The position numbers and the translations under genes are program-made. A model generated the notes under the pieces. It worked only from the letters and a program-made list of their open reading frames with translations. It made no database searches and was not told the origin of the DNA. A DNA stretch of 64,000 bases from contig JAEZHF010000051.1 in assembly GCA_023416745.1 (NCBI GenBank), positions 140-64,139 of the forward strand. The letters are read 5' to 3'. Shown here piece after piece: positions 8,505 to 19,357 of this stretch. This stretch comes from Bacillota bacterium (GTDB lineage: Bacteria; Bacillota; Clostridia; Christensenellales; SZUA-584). The number at the start of each line of letters is the position of its first letter. The first letter of the stretch is position 1.

Positions 8505-9425
8505 TTAGTGCATGTAACGCCTTGTTTCCTCCAGCGTCAGGTTCTTATGCAGTGCAATGTTGAGTGCGTCAGCGATGATGCGCGCGAGATCCTGTACTAC
8601 TTTGTCGATCTCCTTGGGAGTTACAATCAGGTCCGCGCCATCCACATCGTTCAGACCAGCCAGTACCTTTTGCAGTTTGTCGTTCATCCGGAGGTCAATC
8701 GGGGCTTGCTTAAGCGCGGTGTTCATCAGTTCTTCAGCTATTGTGGACGCATACACGACAAGCGGCACGCCCACGGCCAGCACCGGCACGCCGAGGGTTT
8801 CCCTGTCCAATGCCTTGCGCTTGTTTCCGATACCCGCTCCCGGTGCGATACCGGTATCCGCAACCTGTATTGTAGTACGGACGCGTTCCAGCGCACGCGA
8901 CGCCAGCGAGTCCACCGCAATCACCAGCGAAGGCTTCAGGTGATCCACAACGCCGCTGATGATCTCGCCCGTCTCTATACCGGTGATACCCAGCACGCCG
9001 GGCGCCACAGCACTGACCACCCCGATGCGTTCGTCAATATCATCCGGTGCGTACTCATGCATGTGCCGCGTCACGAAAACGGCGTCACAAACGGCGGGTC
9101 CCAGTGCATCGGGTGTCACCTGCCTGTTGCCCAGTCCAACGACGAGCACGCTGCCGTTCACCGCGTCCCCCGCCATGTGTGTGATTTCCTCAGCCAGCGC
9201 TTTTGAGCAGCCCTCGTCCAGCTCCGCGTTGCCTTGCGCGAGAGCCGGAGCTTCCAGCGTCACATATGTACCACGTTTTTTCCCGACCGCTTTTTCGCCC
9301 TGCTCCGTTTCCACCGTCACCCGAACGCGTGTAAGGCCGGACATCACTTCGTCGTTTAATACCGAAACGCCGGGTATCTGCCCCGCGTTCTCCACAGCTT
9401 CCATGGCCAGATCCGTTCTGATCAT
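8505..9425 (-). CDS. gpr: germination (spore) protease
   Basis: Starts MIRTDLAMEA, typical of GPR. Start trimmed to the ATG 5 nt after GGAGG. Confidence 0.85.
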   Translation of the reverse strand: MIRTDLAMEAVENAGQIPGVSVLNDEVMSGLTRVRVTVETEQGEKAVGKKRGTYVTLEAPALAQGNAELDEGCSKALAEEITHMAGDAVNGSVLVVGLGNRQVTPDALGPAVCDAVFVTRHMHEYAPDDIDERIGVVSAVAPGVLGITGIETGEIISGVVDHLKPSLVIAVDSLASRALERVRTTIQVADTGIAPGAGIGNKRKALDRETLGVPVLAVGVPLVVYASTIAEELMNTALKQAPIDLRMNDKLQKVLAGLNDVDGADLIVTPKEIDKVVQDLARIIADALNIALHKNLTLEETRRYMH

Positions 9426-9471
9426 GTGTTCCTCCTGAAATTCAATAATGCTGTTAGTATTTGCAGGCGCA

Positions 9472-9503
9472 CAAAAAAATAAAAGGACGGTATCCATCCT
9501 TTT
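9472..9503 (-). terminator. intrinsic terminator ending the pyr operon
   Basis: AAAAGGA-9 nt loop-TCCTTTT followed by ATTTTTTT on the minus strand. Confidence 0.7.
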
Positions 9504-9654
9504 ACTTTTTCTTTAAGATCTAAGACCTCTGAGGCTCTGCATCCTAATCTAAAAGTTAAAATTACATTACCTGTATTTAGTTTCTTTCTATAAAAGCAGC
9601 GGGAGTCAAAGTGCACCGATTAAAATGTGTAATATAAACCACACGCGTACACTA

Positions 9655-10224
9655 TCACTTCAGACCGCGGCTGCCCGGCTTGACAGCGGGCGTGCCTTCC
9701 CTGCACAGCGGGCAGTCCTCCGGCGGATAAGAGACGACCTCCATCGACAGCACAGCGTGGAATGGCACGCCGAAGTCCACCGCGCCGTTGGAGCGATCGA
9801 CAACGCTGCCGACGCCCGCGACATCGCCGCCCAGTTGCCGCACCAGCTCGATCACTTCCTTGACGCTGCCGCCCGTTGTGACCACGTCCTCTACCACCAG
9901 CACACGCGCACCATGTGGCACAACGAAGCCGCGCCGCAGCGTCATCGCGCCGTTTTCACGTTCGGCGAATATGTTGGGCACCTTCATCTGCCGCGAGACC
10001 TCATACGCCAGTATGATGCCGCCTACGGCAGGCCCGGCCACCAGGTCAACGCCGCTGAACTTATTAGCCAAGTCCTTAGCGAACTTCTCGGCTATGTCCG
10101 GATGTTGGAACAGCTTCGCGCACTGCATGTACCTGTTGGAGTGCCGCCCGGAGGTCAGCAGAAAATGCCCCTCCAGCATCACGCCCGTCTGCCGGAAAAT
10201 GTCCAGTATCTCTTCTCTCGTCAT
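9655..10224 (-). CDS. pyrE: orotate phosphoribosyltransferase
   Basis: 189 aa with the PRPP-binding motif [13 protein letters not shown]. Last gene of the pyr operon. Confidence 0.9.
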   Translation of the reverse strand: MTREEILDIFRQTGVMLEGHFLLTSGRHSNRYMQCAKLFQHPDIAEKFAKDLANKFSGVDLVAGPAVGGIILAYEVSRQMKVPNIFAERENGAMTLRRGFVVPHGARVLVVEDVVTTGGSVKEVIELVRQLGGDVAGVGSVVDRSNGAVDFGVPFHAVLSMEVVSYPPEDCPLCREGTPAVKPGSRGLK

Positions 10225-10225
10225 G

Positions 10226-11137
10226 CTAAACCTCCAGCGCGCCCGTCAGCGCGGTAATATCGTTGATGTTAGCCGATTCGGCATAACTCCCAAGTTCATC
10301 AATGATGCGCAGCGATGCGCCCGGATCCAGCAGATTGGCTGTTCCCGTCATCACGGCGGTTGCGCCGCATAGCATGAACGCCGCCGCGTCCTCCCCAGTC
10401 ATGATGCCGCCCATGCCCACAACGGGTATGCTCACCGCCCGTGAAACATCGTACACCATTTTCAAAGCCACCGGCATAATAGCCGGACCGGACAGCCCGC
10501 CCGTCACGTTGCCGAGTATCGGCCTCCGTGTACGCACATCCACCGCCATGGCAGGCAGCGTGTTGATCAGCGACACCGCATCCGCACCCGCGTCCTGTAC
10601 TGCTTTGGCGACGCTGACGATATCTCCCGCCGCGGGAGTCAGCTTCACAATCAGCAGCTTTTTCGTCACGGCCTTGACCGCTCGCACGCACTCCGCAGCC
10701 GTTGCGGGATCCGTACCCAAACTTGCGCCGCCCAGCTTCACATTAGGACAGGATATATTCAGTTCCAGAAGCTGCACCGGGGCTACATTCATACGCTCAG
10801 CAACCGTCACATAATCCTCGATTCGGCTGCCTGCGATATTGGCGATAACCACAGTTTCCAGCGCATTGACTTCCTTGATCGTCACCGACAGAAACTCCTC
10901 GATGCCGGGGTTTTGCAGCCCGACGCTATTGATAATGCCGGATGCCGTCTCTGCGATGCGCGGCGGCAGGTTGCCGATGCGTTTCTCCGGCGTGATGGAC
11001 TTGAGCGCGATACCGCCCAGCTTATTAACATCAATAAACCACGAGTGCTGCCGTCCGAAAGCAAATGTACCGGACGCCGCGATCACAGGGTTTTTGAGTG
11101 TGACGCCGCACAAATTGACATTCATATTTACTGCCAT
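10226..11137 (-). CDS. pyrD: dihydroorotate dehydrogenase B, catalytic subunit
   Basis: Class 1B DHODH sequence. Start set at MAVNMN, which overlaps the pyrK stop (TAATG). Confidence 0.9.
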   Translation of the reverse strand: MAVNMNVNLCGVTLKNPVIAASGTFAFGRQHSWFIDVNKLGGIALKSITPEKRIGNLPPRIAETASGIINSVGLQNPGIEEFLSVTIKEVNALETVVIANIAGSRIEDYVTVAERMNVAPVQLLELNISCPNVKLGGASLGTDPATAAECVRAVKAVTKKLLIVKLTPAAGDIVSVAKAVQDAGADAVSLINTLPAMAVDVRTRRPILGNVTGGLSGPAIMPVALKMVYDVSRAVSIPVVGMGGIMTGEDAAAFMLCGATAVMTGTANLLDPGASLRIIDELGSYAESANINDITALTGALEV

Positions 11138-11916
11138 TACAGCGCCACCTCCTTCATGTCGAATACCGGACCTTCCACGCATACCTTACGGTAATCCACA
11201 CCGTCTGGCGTCTGAATACCGCATACACAGGTGGCGCAAGCGCCGAAGCCACAGCACATGCGCTGCTCCATCGAAACCTGACACCGTAGGCCGTACCTGT
11301 CCAATACGTCTTTCAGCGCACGCAGCATTGGCGTGGGGCCGCAGGACAACACGATGTCAGGCTTATCTTCTTGAAGGTGCTTTTCCAACAGCATCGTCAC
11401 GACACCCGCTTCGCCGATGGTACCGTCGTCAGACGCCACATGCACATCGTCACAAGACGGAAAGTCGTTCTGGCAGTACGCAAACGGCAGACTGCGGTAC
11501 CCCAAAAAGACCTCGTATTGCCTGTCCGGCCAGCGTTTGATGACAGTGGGCAGCGGCGCAATGCCCACGCCTCCGCCGACGAGGAACACCTTATTGTCCC
11601 CTTCTGCCAGATGGAACCCGCGCCCCACCGGCAGTATCGCGTCCATCTCGGTACCAGGCGGCGTTTTCACAAGCGATTGCGTTCCGTTCCCCTTCACCTG
11701 ATAAAGCAGCGTGACTGTCTGCGCCTTAACGTCCCAATCGTTGATGCTGATAGGCCTTTTCATGAGCAGCTCGGCATGGCCCGGGATACCGATATGCGCG
11801 AACTGGCCGGGAATAAAATGAACTAAGTCTGCTCTGGGACAGTGCAGCACCATGCGGTAGATGCCGTCCGCGATTCTCTCATTGCTAACTATGGATGCCC
11901 TTAGGTTTTTTAGCAT
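11137..11916 (-). CDS. pyrK: dihydroorotate dehydrogenase B, electron-transfer subunit
   Basis: FAD/NAD-binding fold plus a C-terminal 2Fe-2S motif (CCGFGACATC...C). Start trimmed to MLKNLR, 2 nt after the carB stop. Confidence 0.85.
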   Translation of the reverse strand: MLKNLRASIVSNERIADGIYRMVLHCPRADLVHFIPGQFAHIGIPGHAELLMKRPISINDWDVKAQTVTLLYQVKGNGTQSLVKTPPGTEMDAILPVGRGFHLAEGDNKVFLVGGGVGIAPLPTVIKRWPDRQYEVFLGYRSLPFAYCQNDFPSCDDVHVASDDGTIGEAGVVTMLLEKHLQEDKPDIVLSCGPTPMLRALKDVLDRYGLRCQVSMEQRMCCGFGACATCVCGIQTPDGVDYRKVCVEGPVFDMKEVAL

Positions 11917-11918
11917 TG

Positions 11919-14900
11919 TTACTCCTGTATATCTGTCAGGCTGACCGGCTTCAAGTCGGTGTCCGTCCAGCCCGATTTCATGCTTTGCAGCAGCACGCGT
12001 GCTGTGTCCAGCGAAGTGACACACGGTATGCGGTGTTCCACCGCCATGCGCCGCAGTTTAAACCCGTCCCTGTCTGCGTGTCGGCCCTTGGTGGGCGTGT
12101 TGACCACCAGCTTCAGCCTGCCGCTCTCGAACAGCCGCTTGATGTCGGGCGCATCTGACAGCTTGTTTACGGTGCTGGCCGCCACGAAATTGAAGTTGAG
12201 CACATTGGCTGTTCCCGGCGTAGCGTAGATGTCGTATCCGAGATAGTCCAATATCGCCGCAATGGGAATCAGCTCCTGCTTATCGCTGTTTGACACCGTC
12301 AGCAGTGCCGCGCCCTTTTCCTTGGGTAGTGACAGTCCCGACGCGATCAATCCTTTTAGAAGCGCTTCGCTGTAGTCGGCGGATATGCCCAATACCTCGC
12401 CGGTGGACTTCATCTCCGGACCGAGGCTTACCTCCACATCCGTCAGTTTCTCAAATGAGAACACCGGCACCTTGACGGCGGTAAAGCTGCGTTGGGGATA
12501 TAGGCCAACCCCAAATCCCATGTTCACGAGCTTTTCTCCCAGCGACGCGCGCACCGCCAGCGTTATCATGGGCACGCCCGTCACCTTGGATATATACGGC
12601 ACGGTTCGGCTGGAACGCGGGTTCACCTCGATTACATAAATCTGTCCGCCGGATATCACATATTGTATGTTGACAATGCCGCGCACATCCAGCGCCAACG
12701 CGAGCCGCCTCGTGATGCCGATCAGCTCCTGCTGCTGCTTGTCTGTGATTCGCCTCGCCGGATAGACGGAGATAGAGTCGCCCGAGTGTACGCCCGCGCG
12801 CTCAATGTGCTCCATGATGCCGGGAATCAGCACGTCTTCCCCATCGCAGATGGCGTCCACCTCCAGCTCAAGGCCCGTCATATACTTGTCCACCAGCACC
12901 GGATGCTCCTGCTCGTGCCGTTCGATGATGCGCATGTATTCTCGGATATCTTCCTCGGCATACGCGATCTCCATGCCCTGACCGCCCAGCACATATGAAG
13001 GGCGCACCAACACCGGATAGCCCAGTGACGCCGCGGCGTCCACCGCCTGCTGCGTGTTCGTCACAGTTGCCGCTTTGGGGCGGCGAATGTCCAGCCGCTC
13101 CAACAGCGCTTCGAATTCCTCCCTGTCCTCCGCGCGGTCGATGCTGATGAGCGGCGTGCCGATGATGGGATAGTCCATCGCCTCCACCGCCTTGGCCAGC
13201 TTGATGGCCGTCTGTCCGCCGAACTGCACGACCACGCCCGCCGGCTGCTCCTGCTCCAGCACGTTGCCCACCTCTTCAGGCGTCAGCGGTTCAAAGTACA
13301 GTCGGTCGGAGGTGTCGAAATCTGTCGAAACCGTTTCCGGATTGTTGTTGATAATGACGGTGTCATAGCCCGCTTCCTTGAGCGCCCACACGCAGTGCAC
13401 GCTGCAGTAGTCGAACTCGATGCCCTGCCCGATGCGTATCGGCCCCGAGCCCAGCACCACGACGGTCTTGTTGTTTGAGCGTTTTGCCTCGTTCTCCTCG
13501 TCATAGGTTGAGTAGTAATACGGGCTGACCGCATCGAATTCAGCACCGCATGTGTCTACCATTTTGAACGCGGGCAGTATGCCAAGGCTTTTTCGGATAT
13601 CCCTGATTTCTTTTTCCGACGTTTGTGTCAGACGCCCAATCGCCATGTCGGAAAAGCCCATGCGTTTGGCTTTTCTCAGCGTGGTATAAGTCAGCGCAGC
13701 TCCTCCTCGCGCAGCAAAATACTCTTCAAGGTCGATAATGGCTTGGAGCTTGGCAAGATACCACAGATCGATGCGCGTGAGCTCATGAATGCGTTGTACG
13801 CTGATGCCTTGGCGCAGCGCCGCTGCGATGAAAAAAATCCTCTCGTCGTCCTGCTCAAGTATGCGGTCAGTCAGCGCTTGTTCATCCATACCCACCGCGA
13901 ACGTGAACTGTAGCGAGTAAAGGCCCAGTTCGAGAGAGCGCACTGCCTTCAGAAAGGCGCTTTCGAAGTTCGCACCGATGGCCATTACTTCGCCCGTCGC
14001 CTTCATGCGCGTACCCAACTGCTTATTGGCTTTAGTGAACTTGTCGAACGGCCAGCGCGGAAATTTGACTACTACATAGTCCAACGTCGGTTCAAAGCAG
14101 GCGAATGTCTTACCCGTCACGCCGTTTCGGATCTCATCCAGCCCGTAACCAATGGCAATCTTAGCGGCGATCTTGGCAATGGGGTAACCTGTCGCTTTGC
14201 TGGCCAGCGCAGATGAGCGGCTGACCCGCGGGTTTACCTCAATGACGTAATACTGCATGCTATCCGTGTCCAGTGCATACTGCACATTGCAGCCGCCTTC
14301 TATCTTCAGCGCATTGATGATGTTGAGCGAAGCAGTGCGCAGCAGCTGGTATTCTGCGTCCCGTAATGTCTGCGACGGCGCGACCACGATGCTGTCGCCC
14401 GTGTGAATACCCACCGGGTCTATGTTTTCCATGTTGCAGACGGTGATGCAATTGCCTTTCCCGTCCCGGATGACCTCGTATTCAATCTCCTTGAACCCGG
14501 CGACGCTTTTCTCGATGAGCACCTCGTGTACGCGGCTGGCCTGCAGTCCGCTGCGGCAGATCTCTTCCAGCTCACTGTCGCTGTGGGCGATGCCGCCGCC
14601 TGTACCGCCCAGCGTGTAGGCGGGACGTACGATCAGCGGATAACCGTGTTCAGCGGCGAATTGGAGCGCCTGCTCTGGTGCACTGGCGATGATGCTCTCG
14701 ATGATGGGCTCGCCGATATCGTTCATCAGCGTTTTGAAGGCTTCCCTGTCTTCCGCCTTCTTGATGGAATCGGCGCTTGTTCCCAGCAGCCTTACGCCCA
14801 GTTCATCCAGCACACCTCTTTCCGCCAGCTCCATGGCGAGGTTCAGTCCCGTCTGGCCGCCAAGCGTCGCCAGCATGCTGTCCGGCTTTTCCTTGATGAT

Positions 14901-15131
14901 GATGTTGCGAATTACAGGCACAGTCAGCGGCTCAATGTATACCTTGTCCGCCATCTCCGGATCCGTCATGATGGTGGCCGGGTTCGAGTTGATCAGCACC
15001 ACCTCTATACCCTCTTCGCGCAATGCGCGGCAGGCTTGCGTACCGGCATAATCGAACTCAGCAGCCTGTCCAATGATGATGGGTCCTGAGCCGATAACCA
15101 GAACTTTCTTAATCGACTCTTGTCTAGGCAT
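11919..15131 (-). CDS. carB: carbamoyl-phosphate synthase large subunit
   Basis: 1070 aa with duplicated ATP-grasp halves and an MGS-like C-terminus. Confidence 0.95.
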   Translation of the reverse strand: MPRQESIKKVLVIGSGPIIIGQAAEFDYAGTQACRALREEGIEVVLINSNPATIMTDPEMADKVYIEPLTVPVIRNIIIKEKPDSMLATLGGQTGLNLAMELAERGVLDELGVRLLGTSADSIKKAEDREAFKTLMNDIGEPIIESIIASAPEQALQFAAEHGYPLIVRPAYTLGGTGGGIAHSDSELEEICRSGLQASRVHEVLIEKSVAGFKEIEYEVIRDGKGNCITVCNMENIDPVGIHTGDSIVVAPSQTLRDAEYQLLRTASLNIINALKIEGGCNVQYALDTDSMQYYVIEVNPRVSRSSALASKATGYPIAKIAAKIAIGYGLDEIRNGVTGKTFACFEPTLDYVVVKFPRWPFDKFTKANKQLGTRMKATGEVMAIGANFESAFLKAVRSLELGLYSLQFTFAVGMDEQALTDRILEQDDERIFFIAAALRQGISVQRIHELTRIDLWYLAKLQAIIDLEEYFAARGGAALTYTTLRKAKRMGFSDMAIGRLTQTSEKEIRDIRKSLGILPAFKMVDTCGAEFDAVSPYYYSTYDEENEAKRSNNKTVVVLGSGPIRIGQGIEFDYCSVHCVWALKEAGYDTVIINNNPETVSTDFDTSDRLYFEPLTPEEVGNVLEQEQPAGVVVQFGGQTAIKLAKAVEAMDYPIIGTPLISIDRAEDREEFEALLERLDIRRPKAATVTNTQQAVDAAASLGYPVLVRPSYVLGGQGMEIAYAEEDIREYMRIIERHEQEHPVLVDKYMTGLELEVDAICDGEDVLIPGIMEHIERAGVHSGDSISVYPARRITDKQQQELIGITRRLALALDVRGIVNIQYVISGGQIYVIEVNPRSSRTVPYISKVTGVPMITLAVRASLGEKLVNMGFGVGLYPQRSFTAVKVPVFSFEKLTDVEVSLGPEMKSTGEVLGISADYSEALLKGLIASGLSLPKEKGAALLTVSNSDKQELIPIAAILDYLGYDIYATPGTANVLNFNFVAASTVNKLSDAPDIKRLFESGRLKLVVNTPTKGRHADRDGFKLRRMAVEHRIPCVTSLDTARVLLQSMKSGWTDTDLKPVSLTDIQE

Positions 15132-16185
15132 GCTGCTTCCTCATCAGGCCGACGAACTCGTCAAATAGATAGGCCGTGTCTTCCGGACCAGGTGATGCTT
15201 CAGGATGAAACTGCACCGTAAACAGGTCGCAGCCTTCGTAACGCACGCCTTCAATCGTGGCGTCATTCCAGTTGCGATGTGTGACCGTTGCGCCCTTGGG
15301 GAGCGAATTCTCTACGATAGTATAGCCGTGATTCTGGGAGGTGATATACACGCGATCCTTGTCTAAGTCCTTGACCGGATGGTTGGCACCGCGGTGTCCA
15401 TATTTGAGCTTTGTGGTGTCGGCCCCTGAGGCGAGTGCCACCAGCTGGTGCCCGAGGCATATGCCGAATATGGGCTTCTTACCGATCAGCTGTTGGATGT
15501 TGCCTATAACTTCGGTGTTGTCCTTCGGGTCTCCGGGGCCGTTGGTCAGCATGATGCCGTCGTACCCACCTGCGAGTATCTCGTCCGCACTGGTGCGAGC
15601 CGGATAGACCGTGACCGCACAGTTTCGCTTTTTAAGGCTGCGGACAATGTTGCGCTTTAAGCCAAAGTCTAGCACCGCCACCTTCAAATCGCCTTCGCAG
15701 TACTGGTATTTCTCCTTGCAGGTAACGGCGTCCACCGGCATCTTGTAGACGAAACGCTGCATCTCCTCAATCTGTGCTTTTGTAGGCTCGTCCTGTGTGA
15801 TGATGCCGCGCATGGTTCCTTTTTCTCGTATGATGCGCGTGAGGGCGCGCGTGTCGATACCAGCCAGACCGCAGATATTGTTCTCAGCCAGATATTCATT
15901 CAGACCGCCCTGGCTGCGCCAGTTGGACGGCGCGTCGCAGACCTCGCGCACAACAAAACCGCTCACTTGGGGTCTGGCCGACTCCGGATCGGTCTCGTTC
16001 ACGCCGTAGTTACCGATCAGCGGATACGTCATCGTCACAATCTGCCCGCAGTAAGACGGGTCTGTCAGCACCTCCTGATATCCCGTCATGCCGGTATTGA
16101 AAACAACCTCCCCTGCAACATCGGCCTTGGCTCCAAAGCTTTGCCCGATAAAGCGGGTGCCATCCTCCAGTGTGAGTATCGCCAT
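15124..16185 (-). CDS. carA: carbamoyl-phosphate synthase small (glutaminase) subunit
   Basis: GATase triad region GICLGHQL. Overlaps carB by 8 nt. Confidence 0.95.
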   Translation of the reverse strand: MAILTLEDGTRFIGQSFGAKADVAGEVVFNTGMTGYQEVLTDPSYCGQIVTMTYPLIGNYGVNETDPESARPQVSGFVVREVCDAPSNWRSQGGLNEYLAENNICGLAGIDTRALTRIIREKGTMRGIITQDEPTKAQIEEMQRFVYKMPVDAVTCKEKYQYCEGDLKVAVLDFGLKRNIVRSLKKRNCAVTVYPARTSADEILAGGYDGIMLTNGPGDPKDNTEVIGNIQQLIGKKPIFGICLGHQLVALASGADTTKLKYGHRGANHPVKDLDKDRVYITSQNHGYTIVENSLPKGATVTHRNWNDATIEGVRYEGCDLFTVQFHPEASPGPEDTAYLFDEFVGLMRKQHA

Positions 16186-16266
16186 GTGGACTCCTCTCCT
16201 TAACCTTGTAAATTCAATCCGATATTAGAATCGGCTTTAAACGTAATTATGATGCTTCCATCGTTC

Positions 16267-17157
16267 TCACCAAGCGATGCCGCGTTTCTCCAATGCCCGA
16301 CTGATATCCTGCTTCATATCAATTAAAGCGGCTCTGGCCGCTTCTGCTGCCGATAGATTCGCGTATTGTGGTTTCTTCCACGCCAGAAGTATGCCGCGCG
16401 AGGAGTTGACCACAGCCCCCATGCCATTTCTATCAAAATTCACGGCGATATCGTCCGCACCCGCGCCCTGCGCACCGTAGCCCGGCACCAGAAAGAACGT
16501 GTGCGGCATCCGTTTACGCAGCTCTGCCGCTTCTTCGGGGTAGGTCGCGCCCACCACCGCCCCCACGCTGCTGTAGCCGGACGCGCCGATAAGGGCTTGT
16601 CCCCATACGGAAACCTTTTCGGACACGGCCTCATAGAGCTTTTTGCCGCCGACGTTAAGGTCCTGAAACTCGCCTCCGGAGGGGTTGGACGTCTTCACCA
16701 GCGCGAATATGCCTTTGCCCGTCTTCGCGCAGCTGTCGATGAAAGGCTGTATTCCGTCAATGCCCAGATACGCATTGACGGTGATGAAATCCGCTGCGCT
16801 GTTCTCCACGTACGCTCTCGCGTACGCACCCGCCGTGGAACCGATGTCGTTGCGCTTCACATCAGCGATCACGACCAGCCCCTTTTGCTGAGCGTAGGCC
16901 ATCGTGTCAAGATAGCACCTCATGCCGTCGGCACCATACTGCTCGTAATAAGCAGCCTGCACCTTCACCGACGGGGCGACGCCCAGTATGGCGTCAATTA
17001 TATCACAGTTATACTTGTAAACGCACGCCGTAACCGCGCTGTCCGTTGCTTCATTTGGCCGGTAATCGGCGGGCAGATGCGACAGCTCGGTGTCCAACCC
17101 GACACACGCCGGACACTGCGTCTGCTGTATGGCTTCGCAAAGCAGGTCTATCTTCAT
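16267..17157 (-). CDS. pyrF: orotidine 5'-phosphate decarboxylase (long type 2 form)
   Basis: 296 aa. OMPdecase-like DVKRNDIGST motif, in pyr operon context. Confidence 0.85.
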   Translation of the reverse strand: MKIDLLCEAIQQTQCPACVGLDTELSHLPADYRPNEATDSAVTACVYKYNCDIIDAILGVAPSVKVQAAYYEQYGADGMRCYLDTMAYAQQKGLVVIADVKRNDIGSTAGAYARAYVENSAADFITVNAYLGIDGIQPFIDSCAKTGKGIFALVKTSNPSGGEFQDLNVGGKKLYEAVSEKVSVWGQALIGASGYSSVGAVVGATYPEEAAELRKRMPHTFFLVPGYGAQGAGADDIAVNFDRNGMGAVVNSSRGILLAWKKPQYANLSAAEAARAALIDMKQDISRALEKRGIAW

Positions 17158-18416
17158 ACCAACCCTCCGAATACGATCTTGCCGTCCACGATGGTTTGCG
17201 TCACCACTCCCCGCAGCGTGTGTCCAATGAACGGCGTATTCTTGCCCCGGGAGATGATATCCGCTTCTTGTACCGTATACACAGCGTTCAGATCGGCAAT
17301 CGTAATGTCGGCAGGCGCACCTACACTGATCACGCCGCCCGTCAAACCAAGTATGCGAGCGGGATTGGCCGACATCAGACGGGCCAGCGTGTCCGAATCA
17401 TCCGTCAGGTGCGTCACCGCCAGCGAGAACGCCGTCTCGAAGCCGGATATACCAAACGCTGCCAGTGCATATTCAATGTTTTTTTCGTCCCTGTGATGCG
17501 GCGCGTGATCCGTCGCTATGCAGTCGATGGTGCCGTCCATCAGGCCTTCCTTCACTGCCGCCACATCGTCTGTTGTGCGCAACGGCGGATTCACCTTTGT
17601 TCTCGCGTCGTAGCTCATGCAGAAGCTGTCGTCCGCGGAAAAGTAATGCGGCGCGGTCTCACACGTCACGCGCACGCCACGGCGTTTGGCTGCCCGAATC
17701 AGTTCGATGCCGGCACGGGTGGAAACATGCTGTATATGCACGCGCATGCTATCTGTTTCCGCTAATATAAGATCCCTCGCGATCATCGCTTCCTCTGCTG
17801 CGCGGGATATGCCAGGCAATCCAAGAATCGTGGAGTTATAGCCTTCGTTCATCACGCCTTTGCCTTTTAAGTCCAGCGCTTCCTCGTGCGCAAGTATGAT
17901 GCGGTCGAAGCTCGCCGCATACTGCATCGCCGCGCGCATGATGCTGCCATCCATTATGGGCCGTCCATCGTCAGAGAAAGCCACGCAGCCCATCTCAGCC
18001 ATCTCGCCCATCTCAGTGAGTTCCTTACCCTCGAGGCCGCGCGTGACTGCGCCAACCGGATACACCTTTACCGCAGCACGCCGCGCTTTTTCCATCACCA
18101 TCGCACAAACTGAAGCGTTATCCACCGGCGGTATCGTATTTGCCATGCAGCAGACAGCCGTAAAACCACCCTTAGCCGCCGCTTTTGCTCCGGACGCGAT
18201 GTCCTCCTTGTACTCCTGTCCCGGTTCACGCAGGTGGCAGTGCAGATCAATAAAGCCAGGGAATACTGTCTTTCCTGACGCATCAATTACCTTATCCGCT
18301 TCGCCCACACTCTGTCCGAAAGCTTTGATAAAGCCGTCCTCAATAAGTATATCGTGAAGGCCTTTCTTTTCTCCCGCCGGGTTGGCCAGCGAACCGCCGA
18401 TTATCTTGATCCTCAT
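17154..18416 (-). CDS. pyrC: dihydroorotase
   Basis: Amidohydrolase motif DLHCHLREPG. Four-nt overlaps with both pyrB and pyrF. Confidence 0.9.
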   Translation of the reverse strand: MRIKIIGGSLANPAGEKKGLHDILIEDGFIKAFGQSVGEADKVIDASGKTVFPGFIDLHCHLREPGQEYKEDIASGAKAAAKGGFTAVCCMANTIPPVDNASVCAMVMEKARRAAVKVYPVGAVTRGLEGKELTEMGEMAEMGCVAFSDDGRPIMDGSIMRAAMQYAASFDRIILAHEEALDLKGKGVMNEGYNSTILGLPGISRAAEEAMIARDLILAETDSMRVHIQHVSTRAGIELIRAAKRRGVRVTCETAPHYFSADDSFCMSYDARTKVNPPLRTTDDVAAVKEGLMDGTIDCIATDHAPHHRDEKNIEYALAAFGISGFETAFSLAVTHLTDDSDTLARLMSANPARILGLTGGVISVGAPADITIADLNAVYTVQEADIISRGKNTPFIGHTLRGVVTQTIVDGKIVFGGLV

Positions 18417-19342
18417 CTTTTGTCTTCCTTCCTTGTCAGCAGATACAGCAGCGCCATGCGTACCGCCACACCGCTCGCCACCTGTTCGTTGATCACAGAT
18501 ATATCCGAATCCATCACCGAGCTGGAGAGCTCCACACCACGGTTAACGGGACCGGGATGCATGATCATGACGTCCTTTTCGCACAGCTGAAGCGATTCGT
18601 CGTTAATGCCGAAATATCGGTGGTATTCCCGTAGGGTGGACAGAAATGCGCCTTCCAGACGCTCCTTCTGAATGCGCAGGCCCATCACCACATCGGCATC
18701 ACGCAGCGCGTGTTCCAGATTCGTTGTGACCGTGGCGCCCATCTGTTCAATCGCGAAAGGCATAAGCGTCTGCGGCCCGCACAGCGTCACCTGCGCGCCC
18801 ATCTTGGTTAGCCCCCACAGATTGCTTCGCGCCACACGGCTGTGGTATATATCACCAACGATAGTCACTTTCAGACCTTCCAAGCGGCCGAAGTGCTCCC
18901 GCATTGTAAACATGTCCAGCAGCGCCTGCGTGGGATGCTCGTGCATGCCGTCGCCTGCGTTGATTACACTGCCCGAAAAATTGTCCGCCAGAAATTTGGG
19001 CGCACCCCCAAGCGGATGCCGGATGATAATGACATCCGTGCCCATCGCCTCGATCGTTTTGCCGGTGTCCAACAGCGTTTCGCCCTTCTTAACGCTGCTC
19101 GTGGAAACACCCAAATTACTCACCGTAGCACCGAGATATTTTCCGGCCAGCTCAAAGCTCAACCGCGTGCGCGTGCTGTCCTCGTAGAACAGCGTTACGA
19201 TGGATTTGCCCTGCAGATGCGGCATCTTCTTGGCGTTCTGTGCCAACAACTGCTTCATAGTCGATGCAGAATCGAGTATTAGCTTGATCTCATCCTCTGA
19301 CATGCTATGCAGCCCGATAACATCCTTTGATTTCAGTACCAT
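18413..19342 (-). CDS. pyrB: aspartate carbamoyltransferase catalytic subunit
   Basis: STRTR and HPTQ motifs. Start trimmed to MVLKSKD behind a GGAGAG SD. Confidence 0.9.
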   Translation of the reverse strand: MVLKSKDVIGLHSMSEDEIKLILDSASTMKQLLAQNAKKMPHLQGKSIVTLFYEDSTRTRLSFELAGKYLGATVSNLGVSTSSVKKGETLLDTGKTIEAMGTDVIIIRHPLGGAPKFLADNFSGSVINAGDGMHEHPTQALLDMFTMREHFGRLEGLKVTIVGDIYHSRVARSNLWGLTKMGAQVTLCGPQTLMPFAIEQMGATVTTNLEHALRDADVVMGLRIQKERLEGAFLSTLREYHRYFGINDESLQLCEKDVMIMHPGPVNRGVELSSSVMDSDISVINEQVASGVAVRMALLYLLTRKEDKR

Positions 19343-19357
19343 AATTCTCTCCACTGT

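Noticed and set aside
9422-9616. 64-aa ORF in the pyrE-gpr spacer.
   Set aside because: It has no SD, reads through an intrinsic terminator and into the gpr RBS, and has a hydrophobic/basic junk composition.
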